Origin: an uncultured Pseudomonadota bacterium
Lineage (GTDB): Bacteria > Vulcanimicrobiota > Vulcanimicrobiia > Eremiobacterales > Eremiobacteraceae
Reading direction: 5' to 3'
Assembly: GCA_963736005.1 (NCBI GenBank)
Contig: CAVTNB010000003.1
Span: 453,445-517,444, forward strand
DNA length: 64,000 nucleotides
Below are positions 47,498-58,256 of the stretch, piece after piece. Position numbers and translations under genes: made by a program. The notes below the pieces were generated by a model. That model saw only the letters and a list, made by a program, of their open reading frames with translations. It had not been told where the DNA came from and did not search any database. The stretch's first letter is position 1, and the number at the start of each line of letters is the position of its first letter.

Positions 47498-47997
47498 TTG
47501 CTATTGCGCTTACCGCGACGGTTTGCCCGGATGCTGATGATGCGCAGTTGGATTTCGCCGGAGGGTGCCGTTGCCGTCACCGTCTGCCCTGGTTTTGAAC
47601 CCACGAGCGCATGACCGATCGGCGATTCGTTCGAAATCTTGGCGTTCGGGGGATCGCTCTCAGCGCTACCGACAATCGTGTACTCATGCTCGGTGCTAGA
47701 GTTAAGGTTGCGGACCTTCACCGTGCTGCCGAGATGGACTTCGTCCCCACCGCCTTCGCCTTCATGAATGATCTTTGCGCTGCGGATCATCGCTTCGAGC
47801 TTCATGATCCGCCCTTCGATGAAGGCCTGCTCCTGCTTGGCATCCTCGTACTCGGCGTTTTCGGAAATATCGCCGAATTCTTTGGCCTGTCGGATGCGGT
47901 CATTCACCTCCTTGCGGTGAACGGTCTTCAGTTCTTCAAGCTCTGCTTCAAGCTTGCGCAGGCCTTCCTCGGTTACAACAGTCTCTTTCTCGGTCAT
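47494..47997 (-). CDS. greA: Transcription elongation factor GreA
   Basis: GDISENAEY, ISNESPIG.AL. Confidence 0.97.
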   Translation of the reverse strand: MTEKETVVTEEGLRKLEAELEELKTVHRKEVNDRIRQAKEFGDISENAEYEDAKQEQAFIEGRIMKLEAMIRSAKIIHEGEGGGDEVHLGSTVKVRNLNSSTEHEYTIVGSAESDPPNAKISNESPIGHALVGSKPGQTVTATAPSGEIQLRIISIRANRRGKRNSK

Positions 47998-48090
47998 CTA
48001 CTGTTCCTTTCGTCGCGAATCAATCCGCGATGAACATTGGCGCGAATTTCCAATTCGCGACCCTACAATGGGTGACTTGACACTCGCCCG

Positions 48091-49014
48091 CTACGAGGTG
48101 GCCGCGTGCGCGACGAAATCGTGCACGTGCGGTCGAAAATTCAATCGCGACAGAAGATTGCGGTAGTCAGCTTCGGTAACGTCTTCCCACCGCTTGCCCA
48201 ACAAGGCCAGCAATGCCGCTTCCATGACGTTCGTGCCGAATGACCGTCCACCCAGGTTCGGGGTTGTGGTGATAAGCCGCGTGACCTGCCGATCTCGCAA
48301 TTCGTCAAGGTTGTGCGGCGTCACCGTATTCGTGATGATCGTCTTGCCGCTCAAATCGTCGGGCATATGTTGGCGAATGAAATGAAAATCGCCCGCAATG
48401 AGGCTTGCCGCTTCGTAGTACTGTGGAAACTTCGGTTCGGGAGCCTTGTCTTGCTTCTTTCCCGTGGGGTAGAAAAATTGAAATGGCAGCTTACAGGCAT
48501 CGGGCAAGTATTTCTCCGCAAGTGCTTCGAATTCGGGCAGCGTCTTGACCGGCTTATCGATCCCGAGCGCAAAAATAAAGTCGCCGAAGGTGACCTCCGC
48601 CCCGGCTTCAACCAGCGCGGCGGCCATGCCAAATCGATCGAGTGCGCTGACCATAAGGACGGGAAGGCCTTTGAAGTCAACGATGCCGTTGCGCTGGAGG
48701 TGGGCGATGGTCTCGCGCTCGAGCGTGTTCTTGAGTCCGCTGCCATCAACCACCGGCGTGAGGTGAACCGCCTCCAGCATGCGCAAGCCGTCGCGCAGCG
48801 CATACCGCTTCGAGCCAGCGTAGAGATAGACATCGATCCCTCCGAGGCCGATAGCGTCGACTTTGCCGTCGAGCTCGCGAAGGGCGTCAATCGCCTTGTC
48901 CAGCGACCCGTCGAATCCGATCCGGCGGATGTCCAGGCGCTCGCCCAGCCAGTCAACCACCACCTGGTGATCGCGTGTCGACGATCCCAGGCTCACCGAA
49001 ACGATTTTCTTCAT
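48091..49014 (-). CDS. Conserved hypothetical protein coupled to the reductase gene
   Basis: Start MKKIVSVSLGSS at 49014 overlaps the upstream stop; GLGGID, GRSFGTNVMEA. Confidence 0.75.
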   Translation of the reverse strand: MKKIVSVSLGSSTRDHQVVVDWLGERLDIRRIGFDGSLDKAIDALRELDGKVDAIGLGGIDVYLYAGSKRYALRDGLRMLEAVHLTPVVDGSGLKNTLERETIAHLQRNGIVDFKGLPVLMVSALDRFGMAAALVEAGAEVTFGDFIFALGIDKPVKTLPEFEALAEKYLPDACKLPFQFFYPTGKKQDKAPEPKFPQYYEAASLIAGDFHFIRQHMPDDLSGKTIITNTVTPHNLDELRDRQVTRLITTTPNLGGRSFGTNVMEAALLALLGKRWEDVTEADYRNLLSRLNFRPHVHDFVAHAATS

Positions 49015-50120
49015 GAGAATGCGACGCCGGCGGGGCGAGACGCGGCTGCCCGGACCGCCTGCGCTCGTTCGCGCGCGTGCGCGATCATCTCGGGAGTGAT
49101 TTCCTTGTCGAATGCGCGCATGCCGGCAACTTCGAACCCGTGCTTGCGGGCGAGCCTTTCGATCTCGACAACCTTGTCTAAATTGACCCCACGACCGAGC
49201 GAATAATTGACGAATCGGTTCTCCAGCGTCAAGATCATGGTTTCCGCCATGCACGCCAGCGACGTGCGTGGCGGCAGACCGAAATCGAAGTTGAAGTTAA
49301 CGTCGCCGGGCACGCGAATGTTGCCACCCTCGGTGACGAGAACGTCGTCGCGCTCCGTGGCCACGCGGCGAGAAACATCGTGCGGCAGCGAGACTTCGCA
49401 CACGACGGCGCCGGGTTTGAGATCTTCGGGCTCCACGACACTCGAGGTGGCAGCCGTAGCGGTCAAGACGAGATCGGCGTGTTGCACGGCATCTGGGATG
49501 TCCGTCGTCCACCCGAGTTTGGCGCTCACATGAGATTGCATGGCGTGGGCAAGTTTGCCAAGCCTCGTCGCGTTGCGTGCCGCAAGCGTGACGCGGGCGA
49601 CTTTATTCCCCAATATCTGTGCACAGGCCGAGCCAATGCTGCCGGTGGCGCCAATCACCACCGCGCTTGCTTGCGGCACGTCGATTTCCATCTCGTCGGC
49701 CCCGTGGAACAAACTCTGCATGGCGGCCCCGATCGTATACGAATTGCCGCTCGTGACCGCGATCGGACAGTTTTCCGCGACCGTGGGACCGCCATCGCCA
49801 ACAACTGCGGTGAAGCCACCAAGTCCGACGATGCTGCACCCGAGCTCGGCAGCAATGTTCGCGCCTCGGATGATGCGGGCCATGACTTCATTGCGGGGTA
49901 GATCAAAAAACTGCTCGGGCAGCAGCGGTACGGCGATAAAGTAACCCTCGATCTCCTCGCCTGTCAAGCTGCGCACGCCGGTGACATGCGAGAGCTTGTA
50001 GGCAGGCATCCACTCGAGGATTTTTTTGATGAGCGGGCGCCCTTTGCCGGCTGCCTTTGGTTCGTACCGCAGCACATCATCATAGGACAAAGGGTGAACG
50101 AGGAATCCGAACGTGCGCAA
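49011..50120 (-). CDS. Acyl-ACP reductase-like NAD(P)-dependent reductase
   Basis: FGFLVHP, GLGGFT, TSGNSYT, GATGSIG, LACMAETM, NYSLGR, KHGF parallel the cyanobacterial AAR motifs. Confidence 0.75.
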   Translation of the reverse strand: MRTFGFLVHPLSYDDVLRYEPKAAGKGRPLIKKILEWMPAYKLSHVTGVRSLTGEEIEGYFIAVPLLPEQFFDLPRNEVMARIIRGANIAAELGCSIVGLGGFTAVVGDGGPTVAENCPIAVTSGNSYTIGAAMQSLFHGADEMEIDVPQASAVVIGATGSIGSACAQILGNKVARVTLAARNATRLGKLAHAMQSHVSAKLGWTTDIPDAVQHADLVLTATAATSSVVEPEDLKPGAVVCEVSLPHDVSRRVATERDDVLVTEGGNIRVPGDVNFNFDFGLPPRTSLACMAETMILTLENRFVNYSLGRGVNLDKVVEIERLARKHGFEVAGMRAFDKEITPEMIAHARERAQAVRAAASRPAGVAFS

Positions 50121-50234
50121 ACCCTACCTCGGATAAATGTAGTGGCGCGAATTTATTCGCGCCTCAAGATTTCCGGGAATAAGCGTTACTTCGCAAAGCG
50201 GCCTGCTCTGTCCTGGGCCTTTCTCGCGAGAGCC

Positions 50235-50678
50235 TCATGTCTTGGGGCTTTCGCAGCGCTCTTTCAACGCCCGCAGCATCATCTGTGAGTTCTCTTCTAC
50301 TTTCTTCTGCAAGATGGGGCCGATGAGCTCGGCGAGCGTTGGCACGCCAAAATCGTAGTCGACGCCGAGCACCACCCGGGTCACGCCGTTGTGCTCCTCG
50401 AAAGTCCAGGCGCCTTCGAACTTGTCGAGGTCGCCCTCGATGAGTCGGTAATCGATGCGCGTCTTCCCATCGTCAAAGACGTCAACTTCCGTCCATTCGA
50501 TTGGCGCTTCTTCCACCAGCGTCTTCCAGCGCGTCACCGTCTCGTTTCCCCTGCGCTCGAGGATTTTGACGGTTTCGACATCGGGCATGAAGTCGGGATA
50601 GCTCTCCATGTCTTTGGCGAGTTCGTAGATCTTTTTGGCGGGTGCCTTGATCTCGATGGTTGTTTCGACGTATGGCAT
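50235..50678 (-). CDS. SRPBCC/START polyketide-cyclase-like protein
   Basis: DMESYPDFMPDV, EGDLDKFEGAW. Confidence 0.85.
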   Translation of the reverse strand: MPYVETTIEIKAPAKKIYELAKDMESYPDFMPDVETVKILERRGNETVTRWKTLVEEAPIEWTEVDVFDDGKTRIDYRLIEGDLDKFEGAWTFEEHNGVTRVVLGVDYDFGVPTLAELIGPILQKKVEENSQMMLRALKERCESPKT

Positions 50679-51952
50679 TAGGCTGAAAGGGCTCCCAGTT
50701 TCTCTTTCGCTTTCCTCAATGCTGCATCGAAGGCCACAACAGCCTGGTCGATCTCTTCGCGGCTAACCACAAGCGGCGGTTCGAGGCGAATGACCCGTTG
50801 TTGGTTGAGCGTGTAGGCCACAAGCAACCCGTGCTTAACGCACTCGGGAATGATGACACCGCCGTACCCTTCGCTGCGAAGTTCGACGCCGACCACCAAG
50901 CCACGCCCGCGCACTTCGCTGATGACTTCAGGGTAGCGCCGCTGCAGGATGCGCGCTTGCTCGAGCAGGTATGCGCCCTGAGTTTTTGATTTTTCCACAA
51001 GCCTTTCTTTGACGAGCACGTCGAGCGCTGCGATTCCTGCGGTGCACGCAAGCGGATTGCCACCAAATGTCGACGTGTGCAAGAGCGGTGAATCGCCGAA
51101 CGCGTGCATCCAGACATCGGTCTTTGAAATCGTCGCTCCGATGGGCACGACACCACCGGACAGACCCTTTGCAACCGTCATAATGTCGGGGACAACCCCC
51201 TCATAGTCGACGCCCCACAGATAGCCTGTGCGTCCCAGACCCGTTTGTACTTCATCGGCGATCAGGAGCGCACCGTGTTTCGTGCATAACTCGCGCACGC
51301 CGCGCAAATATCCGTCCGGCGGCACAACGACGCCACCTTCGCACTGAATTGGTTCAACGATAAAGGCAGCCGCATTTGGCAGAGCCCGATCCAAGGCGCG
51401 CAAATCGCCAAAGGGCACGTGCTCGAACTCCGGCACGAGCGGTTCGAACTTTTGGCGAAAGACATCACGACCCGTGGCGGTCAGACTGCCCATCGTCTTG
51501 CCATGGTAGCCGTTGAAGGTGGAGACGAGGTGTTTGCGTTTGGTGGACAAGCGCGCGAGCTTGAGCGCCGCTTCCACCGCTTCCGTTCCGCTGTTGGAGA
51601 AAAAGGTGATCTTGAGGTCGCCTGGAGCGAGATCGGCCAATGCTTTGGCGAGTGCGGCGGTCTGCGCGTTGAAGAAGACGCGAGAGGAGAGCGCCATGTG
51701 GTTGAGCTGCTCGCGCACGGCATCAACCACGGTGGGATGCATGTACCCCAACGTAAAGACCCCGTAGCCACCGCAAAAATCGAGAAACGCCTTGCCGGTG
51801 TGATCGAAAACTCGGCAACCTTTGGCTTCCACCTCAACGCCCGAGCCGGCGAGTTTCATAAAGCGCGCGAGCGGCGGGTTAATGAACTCTTTGTAGGCCG
51901 CATACACGGCGTCGAAGAGCGACGCCTGATCTTGCGCCTCGTGTGTCATCAT
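50678..51952 (-). CDS. Class III aminotransferase
   Basis: NSGTEAVE, EPIQCEGG, DEVQTGLGRTG, AKGLSGG, TFGGNPL. Confidence 0.92.
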   Translation of the reverse strand: MMTHEAQDQASLFDAVYAAYKEFINPPLARFMKLAGSGVEVEAKGCRVFDHTGKAFLDFCGGYGVFTLGYMHPTVVDAVREQLNHMALSSRVFFNAQTAALAKALADLAPGDLKITFFSNSGTEAVEAALKLARLSTKRKHLVSTFNGYHGKTMGSLTATGRDVFRQKFEPLVPEFEHVPFGDLRALDRALPNAAAFIVEPIQCEGGVVVPPDGYLRGVRELCTKHGALLIADEVQTGLGRTGYLWGVDYEGVVPDIMTVAKGLSGGVVPIGATISKTDVWMHAFGDSPLLHTSTFGGNPLACTAGIAALDVLVKERLVEKSKTQGAYLLEQARILQRRYPEVISEVRGRGLVVGVELRSEGYGGVIIPECVKHGLLVAYTLNQQRVIRLEPPLVVSREEIDQAVVAFDAALRKAKEKLGALSA

Positions 51953-52067
51953 GCGTTCGGGTCTTCGCCGCCAGCCGTGGTCTTTCTTATGTAGGGTCGC
52001 CTTTAAAGTCCGCTTACTTCGGATTATGTAGCAGCGGCCTTCAGGTCCGCTTGCGCTTGGGGCGGAC

Positions 52068-52973
52068 CTAAAGGTCCGCTACATTCATCAGAGCTTGTGT
52101 TTCCTCGCTGGACAACGGTCGAAGGGGCGGGCGAACGTTGCGCCAGGTACCATTCCCGCTGGTTGCCGCCAAATACGCCTTGAGCGCCGGAACCATGGGA
52201 TATTTTTCAAACGCCGCTCGCGTGGCGTCGACGCGCTGTTCGAGGCTGGTAGCGCCGGGCGAGTTGTAGTGCGCGAAGAGCTCGGCGATGCGAGCCGCAT
52301 TGACGTTGGCAGTCGCGCTCACGCAGCCACTTGCACCCTCGACAAGGGCGCGGTGCAAGAAGGTCTCACTCCCAACGAGGACGTCCATCCGAGCTCCCAA
52401 CGCGCGGCAAAGCATTTGTGTTGCGGGCCAGTGACCCGAACTATCCTTAAGACCAGCGATCTGATTCGGAAAGGCGAGAGACAGGCGCTCGATCAGTCCA
52501 ACGCTCATTTCGATCCCGCTGAACTGCGGGATGAGGTAGAGGTAGATGCGGAGTCGTTCGTCGCCGATCCCTTCGATCGCCGCGACGAAGGCATCGAAGA
52601 TCCCATCATCGCTGACCTTCTTATAATAAAAGGGTGGCAGCACGAGCGCGCGGGTGATGCCAAGCGACAGGGCGTGGCGCGTGAGCGCTATCGTGTCTCC
52701 GCTAGCGCAGCAGCCAGTCCCCACGATGAGCTTATCCGCCGGGAGAGCGCCGCGCACGCCTTCGGCGATCGATTGCCGCTCTGCGACGGTGAACGAGTTC
52801 GCTTCGCCCGTGGTACCGAGCAGGACGATGCTCGTGCAACCCCGAGCGAGCAGTCCGCGACAGTGCTCGAGGAGCAACGCGATATCCGGCATGCCATCTG
52901 GGCGAAGTGGGGTGAGCGTTGCTGCAACGACGCCAGTCGTGAGCCGCTCCCGCGGTTGTGCTACTTGCGCCAT
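52068..52973 (-). CDS. DapA/DHDPS-family aldolase
   Basis: LGTTGEA, PPFYYK, GLKDSSG. Confidence 0.88.
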   Translation of the reverse strand: MAQVAQPRERLTTGVVAATLTPLRPDGMPDIALLLEHCRGLLARGCTSIVLLGTTGEANSFTVAERQSIAEGVRGALPADKLIVGTGCCASGDTIALTRHALSLGITRALVLPPFYYKKVSDDGIFDAFVAAIEGIGDERLRIYLYLIPQFSGIEMSVGLIERLSLAFPNQIAGLKDSSGHWPATQMLCRALGARMDVLVGSETFLHRALVEGASGCVSATANVNAARIAELFAHYNSPGATSLEQRVDATRAAFEKYPMVPALKAYLAATSGNGTWRNVRPPLRPLSSEETQALMNVADL

Positions 52974-53900
52974 AGGGTCCCCAAAAAGAAGACAAGATTC
53001 GCCGGCCGTTCGGCGAGCCGGCGCATCAGATAAGGATACCACTGCGATCCGAATGGAACCGCAAGCCGCACGCGGTACCCGCGATCGCGCAATCGCTCTT
53101 GAAGCCTCGGACGCACGCCATAGAGCATTTGAAACTCGAAACGGTCATCTGGGATGCCGTGCTGCTTGATGAACTCGATTGAGCGCTCGATGATGACTTG
53201 GTCGTGCGTCGCGATGGCGGTAAACCCAGATCCGGTGAGTGAAGCTTCGATGAGCGAGACAAAATTGTTGTCGACGTCTGCCTTTTTTGGAAATGCGATG
53301 TCGGGGGATTCCAAGTATGCTCCCTTAACGAGCCGCAGGTTTGGCTGCAAGGGTAAGAGCGCTTGGAGGTCCGCTTCGGAGCGACGCAGATATGCCTGGA
53401 GCACAGTGCCCACATTGGCACGTCCTTCTTCGCGCAGATTCCTGATAGATTGCGAGCGTAGCATCCGTGTATGCGGATTGCTCCATGTCGATGCGAACAA
53501 AATTACCTAGCTGCGCAGCCTCGGCCGCGATTGTTCTGAGATTGTCGAGGGCGAGCTTCTTTTGAATCGCAAGGCCAAGGTGGGTGAGCTTCAGTGCGAT
53601 GTTCGATCGAAGACTCAGTGAGGACAAGCGTCGCAAAATGTGCTGGTATTCGTGCACGACGCTAGCCGCATCCCGTTCGGCCTCCACGCCTTCCCCGAGC
53701 AGGCCGGCAGCCACCGTGAACCCGCGATCGTTGACCGCTCGCACGACCTTGAGGAACTCGTCGAGGGTTTCGCCGGCAACAAATCGTCGCGCGCCTAAGT
53801 TCATCCCGTGACGATACATGAAGCGCTGCAGCGAGCGGTTATCCGCCGCTCCAAGAAGGGCAGATCGCATGAGTGCGTTGACCGACTCGGCGATGGCCAT
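52961..53900 (-). pseudogene. Proline dehydrogenase with a single frameshift near 53440-53445
   Basis: RFVAGET, LKLTHLGL, RIDME in one frame; VLQAYL, LRLVKGAY, IATHD, FQMLYG, RRLAERPAN in another. Confidence 0.9.
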
Positions 53901-53961
53901 GGCTGGGGCTTTGCCCGTGGGCTGCTAAAGTCTTTCGGTCGCGAGGCTAGAAAGGTGTCGC

Positions 53962-55152
53962 ATGATCGCGACGGATGCGCGTAGGTCGCTATCTCATTGG
54001 CTCCTTGGATTGTTCGCGCTCATTTTTATGAGCGTTGATCCGACGAGCGCGCAAGAACAGAGCACGTTGCTTGGCCAATCATTCACCGAGCTGCGCATTC
54101 CTACTCCGAATAGCGGCGCAACCGAGATCGCAGCCGGACCCAGCAATTTTGTGTGGTTTACGGAGACTCGCGCGAACAAGATCGGTCGGGTGTCTCAGAA
54201 CGGCGAGATTAAGGAGTTTGACGTTCCCACAAAAATGAGTCAGCCCGTTAGCATCGCGCTCGGGTCGGACGGGAACATGTGGTTTACCGAATTCGCTTCA
54301 GGTAAAATCGGCCGGATTACAGAACGAGGAAACATAACGGAATTCCCTCTTCTCGATTACGAAGAACCGCTGAGCATCGCGGCGGGAACCGCACCTGACG
54401 GGCCGGGGTTCTGGTTCGTCGCCGCGGGCGGCATCGGATTCATTTCGATCACTGGAGTGGTTTCCGATGGTCCAACCCTGCCGGATGCGCTCGACTTCTG
54501 CGGCAACGATATGCTCGCGGCAGTGTCAGGGGAACAAGCCGTCTTTTTATCCGGCACAAATGGTTCCACTCTTTGGCGCGTGAACGCGGACGCCAGCATC
54601 GATCGCATACCCGCAGCCACGGTCACGCGCAACGGAGTAGGCGTAATGATTCACTGTGACAGCTATTCGGTCTCAGCGGTTGGCCATTTAACGCCCACAA
54701 GTTTCAGACCAATGAAAGGTGCTCCCACGCCTGGACCCCAACTACCGCATCCTTCGCCTCCACCGCCCGACTTTTTCACAATTTGGGGAGACAAAGTTCC
54801 ACCCACAATTGCATTCGGCTACGACGGTCGTGTGTACAGAAGCGCACCTCCTGGTTGGGTGCACCGGCTTAGGACCTCAGGAAATGGGAGTGGTGTTAGA
54901 ATCCCAAGCGGAGCGGTGGCGTCGCAGCTCGGGCCAGGTCGAGGTTGGAGCGTGAGCGCCGTGTTCAGCGAGTATGATGCCGACCGCATCGGCGTGATAT
55001 ACCTTGATGGCAGCGTTCGTGAGGGCGCCCTCGAACCTGGGAGCGGACCCTACGGTATAACTGAAGATCATTGGGGCGACGTTTGGTTCGTCGAGCAAGG
55101 CAGCAACAACATAGGCTGGGTAACGCACGCTCGAGCCGGACTCTCGGATTGA
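53962..55152 (+). CDS. Secreted Vgb (virginiamycin B lyase)-like beta-propeller protein
   Basis: Repeats IALGSDGNMWFTE..GKIGRIT, PYGIT..GDVWFVE. Confidence 0.75.
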   Translation: MIATDARRSLSHWLLGLFALIFMSVDPTSAQEQSTLLGQSFTELRIPTPNSGATEIAAGPSNFVWFTETRANKIGRVSQNGEIKEFDVPTKMSQPVSIALGSDGNMWFTEFASGKIGRITERGNITEFPLLDYEEPLSIAAGTAPDGPGFWFVAAGGIGFISITGVVSDGPTLPDALDFCGNDMLAAVSGEQAVFLSGTNGSTLWRVNADASIDRIPAATVTRNGVGVMIHCDSYSVSAVGHLTPTSFRPMKGAPTPGPQLPHPSPPPPDFFTIWGDKVPPTIAFGYDGRVYRSAPPGWVHRLRTSGNGSGVRIPSGAVASQLGPGRGWSVSAVFSEYDADRIGVIYLDGSVREGALEPGSGPYGITEDHWGDVWFVEQGSNNIGWVTHARAGLSD

Positions 55153-55188
55153 GACTTCCAGAGCGAAGAAACTAGGAGCTCTCCTGCG

Positions 55189-56271
55189 CTAGCTGAGTTT
55201 GGTTCCGCAGTTCGGGCAGAATTTGGCGCCCGGGGCAGTCTGCGCGTGACAGTTCGGGCATTCGCCTATTGCGGGCACAGGCGTGCCGCAATTCGGGCAG
55301 AATTTTGCTCCCGCCGGAATCTGCGTTTGGCATTTCGAGCATGTTACGGTGGCAGTCGGCGCCGTCGTGCCTGCGGCTCCCCCGCCAGCGCCGCCTCCTG
55401 CCTGAGCTGCCTGTGCCGCGGATTGCTGCATCGCTTGATTGATCATCCCCGGCATCTGCATGCCCAACCCCAAACCCATGCCCAGTCCGGCCGCTGAGCC
55501 GGCGGACCCGCCCGGGTTTTGCGCCGCCTCTTCCAGCGACTTTGCCGCTTTGAACTGCATGTACTGGCCCATGTTGCCGACCACGCCCATACCGGTTCGT
55601 TCGTCGATGACCTTCTGCACATCATCCGGCGGCGTGATGGCATTGATCAGGAAGTCGATCAGCTCGACGCCATATTGAGCGAAGTCATCCTTGACCCGCG
55701 CTTTGCCGGCTGCCCCGAGTGCGTCGTAATATTTCGGAAGATCGAGGATGCTCTTTACCTGCTCGCCGAGCAAGTTGTTGAGCCGCGACACGATGATGTT
55801 ACGGAAAAAATCCTGCAGCGCGTCAGAGGTGTAGACATTTGCCGTGCCAACGACTTTGTTGACGAACAATTGCGGGTCGGTGACCCGGACGCTGAAGATG
55901 CCATACGCGCGCAGCCGCACCATCGCAAAGTCGGTGTCGCGGAATAAGATCGGCTCGGCCGTGCCCCAATGTTGGTTTGTAAAAACCTTCAGGGCGACAA
56001 AATAAACTTCAGATTGAAACGGCGACGTACCACCGAATGGGATAGAGAGCAGCCCAGTCACCAATGGCAAGTTCTGGGTCGAGAGCGTGTAGCGTCCGGG
56101 AGAAAATGTGTCGAGCGCCTTGCCGTCGCGGAAGAACACGGCGGCTTGGCTCTCTTGCACGATGAGCTGGCTGCCCCACTTGATGTCAGTGGATCCGGCC
56201 TCGGGCCAACGATGAACGATCTGCTGCCCCGTGTTATCGAAGAACTCTATGACGGAAAGTCCAAGCGCCAT
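55189..56271 (-). CDS. SPFH-domain protein with double zinc ribbon
   Basis: [27 protein letters not shown] twice. Confidence 0.88.
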   Translation of the reverse strand: MALGLSVIEFFDNTGQQIVHRWPEAGSTDIKWGSQLIVQESQAAVFFRDGKALDTFSPGRYTLSTQNLPLVTGLLSIPFGGTSPFQSEVYFVALKVFTNQHWGTAEPILFRDTDFAMVRLRAYGIFSVRVTDPQLFVNKVVGTANVYTSDALQDFFRNIIVSRLNNLLGEQVKSILDLPKYYDALGAAGKARVKDDFAQYGVELIDFLINAITPPDDVQKVIDERTGMGVVGNMGQYMQFKAAKSLEEAAQNPGGSAGSAAGLGMGLGLGMQMPGMINQAMQQSAAQAAQAGGGAGGGAAGTTAPTATVTCSKCQTQIPAGAKFCPNCGTPVPAIGECPNCHAQTAPGAKFCPNCGTKLS

Positions 56272-56430
56272 TGTTAGTTCGCTTCCTTTTTGAGCGGACC
56301 TAAAAATCCGCTGTTACGTTGTGCAAGACTGCTTACCTAATGGGTCGGCAAGAGTTTCAAGAGCACTGAGCCTTGTCCCGCCAATTACGTGTCAGGTTTC
56401 ACAGATTTGTCGAGGGCAGTCTCGTCTCGT

Positions 56431-57063
56431 TTACGGTGTCGGCAAGCCGTCAAAGAGATGTTTGCGCGCCTCAAAACGCCGATCGAACTCCGCAGTGAGC
56501 GCGTCGAGTTTCGTGAGTGCGGTGCGCAAACGATCGGAGTCGCTTGATGCTTGCTCCACCTCGCTGACCGTATCGTCAAACGATCCGAGCTGCTGCATGA
56601 TGCCCGCGTCGTACTCGTACAATCTTGTCACTTCGGCATCGCCCATCTGCACACGATCGAACACCGCTGCGTAACCATAGTCAGCAAAACGCATGCGGTC
56701 AACCAGGCGGTTGAGTTTGCGGCCGCTTTGATCGATGAGGGCGAGGCCATCCAGGTTGCCCGTTCGCGAGATTGAATCCACGAGCTCGTCCAAGCGCCCT
56801 TTGACCCTTGAAAGTCGTTCGCCGATCACCGCCCGCACCTGCTTATCGGCGATCCGTCGATCTTCGACCGCCTTATATCCATGGAAACCAGGGATGTAAC
56901 TCGCCAAGTTGGAGAGAGCTTCACCAATGCTGCCTGCGTGTTTGGGCCCGGCCTGCGGGGCTGCGCTTGGCGGCGCAGCGCTCGAAGGCGCCGCGGTGGG
57001 AGGCGCTGCAGCTGGAGTGGCGGGAGGGGTTCCGGGCGCGCGGCCCTGATTGCTCGTGTCCAT
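56431..57063 (-). CDS. Conserved hypothetical protein
   Basis: IPGFHGY...RRIADK, ADYGY, LYEYD. Confidence 0.7.
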   Translation of the reverse strand: MDTSNQGRAPGTPPATPAAAPPTAAPSSAAPPSAAPQAGPKHAGSIGEALSNLASYIPGFHGYKAVEDRRIADKQVRAVIGERLSRVKGRLDELVDSISRTGNLDGLALIDQSGRKLNRLVDRMRFADYGYAAVFDRVQMGDAEVTRLYEYDAGIMQQLGSFDDTVSEVEQASSDSDRLRTALTKLDALTAEFDRRFEARKHLFDGLPTP

Positions 57064-57195
57064 TATATGAAGTCGCTTCCTCTCCGTTGCGTGAGCGGAC
57101 CTAAAGGCCCGCTGCGAGATGGGCGACTTTACAGTCACCCGCTACACTTATCATACCGGAATCTGCCGGGAATTGTTGCACGTGTGATACGCTCG

Positions 57196-58221
57196 TCACA
57201 CCGCCTCGGAAACCATCTCTATAGAGCTTTCGTCTGCCGGAGGACGGGTTCTTGCCTCGGCCAGGAGTGCGCGCACGCCGTCGGGATTCGGTTCGTGATT
57301 GATGCGCTCGCGATATGTGGATGCATCTTCAATGCCTTTGAGATACCAGCCCAGATGCTTGCGCATTTGCAAGACGCCGGACTTTTCACCGTAACGATCG
57401 ATCATTGCGTCAAAGTGCGCTCGGGCGAAATCGATGCGCTCCACCACGGTTGGTGGTGGCGACTCTGTTTCTCCCCGCATCGCGTCGGCGATCTCGCGAA
57501 TAAGCCAAGGGTTGCCGAGTGCGGCTCGACCCACCATGATCGCATCGACCCCTGTCTCGTGAAGACGCTTCAGCGCGTCGCTCGCGCTCTTGACATCGCC
57601 GTTGCCAATCACGGGGACGGTCACCGCCTCCTTCAGGCGCGCAATGTAGGACCAGTCAGCCTGTCCTTTGTAGAATTGCTGACCGTAGCGGCCGTGGAGT
57701 GTGAACGCATCGATGCCGACCGCCTCTGCTCGCTTAGCAATCTCGATGTAGGTATACGCATCCGCTGACCAGCCCAGCCGCATCTTCACCGTTACCGGCA
57801 CTCGTTTGACTGCTTTTCTCACCGCGTCGCAAATTGCCACCGCGAGGTCAGGGTCGCGCAAGATGGCAGCGCCATCGCCCCCCTTGACGATCTTCGGAGC
57901 CGGACAGCCAAAGTTGATGTCGACGATATCCGCCCCGCACTCCTCGACAAAGGCTGCTGCCTGCGCCATGACCGCGGGATCATTACCGTGGAGCTGCACG
58001 GCCGTCGGGCGTTCATCGGGATAAACATCGATCATGTCGAGCGTGCGCCGATTGCCACGCACGAGCGACTGCGCCGAGACGAACTCGCTCACCGTCAGAC
58101 CCAAACCAAATGGCTTGATGAGCCTGCGGAAGAGCGCATTCGTCACGCCAGCCATTGGTGCGAGGGCCAAAGGCGGAAATATGGAAATGCCGGCAATGAC
58201 GAGTGGTCGAACAGGACCCAT
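57196..58221 (-). CDS. dusB: tRNA dihydrouridine synthase
   Basis: LAPMAGVT, DINFGCP, TVKMRLGW, HGR, GNGDV, GRAALGNPW. Confidence 0.93.
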   Translation of the reverse strand: MGPVRPLVIAGISIFPPLALAPMAGVTNALFRRLIKPFGLGLTVSEFVSAQSLVRGNRRTLDMIDVYPDERPTAVQLHGNDPAVMAQAAAFVEECGADIVDINFGCPAPKIVKGGDGAAILRDPDLAVAICDAVRKAVKRVPVTVKMRLGWSADAYTYIEIAKRAEAVGIDAFTLHGRYGQQFYKGQADWSYIARLKEAVTVPVIGNGDVKSASDALKRLHETGVDAIMVGRAALGNPWLIREIADAMRGETESPPPTVVERIDFARAHFDAMIDRYGEKSGVLQMRKHLGWYLKGIEDASTYRERINHEPNPDGVRALLAEARTRPPADESSIEMVSEAV

Positions 58222-58256
58222 GAGGTTGTTAGTTTCGTGGAAAGATTAGGATATTC

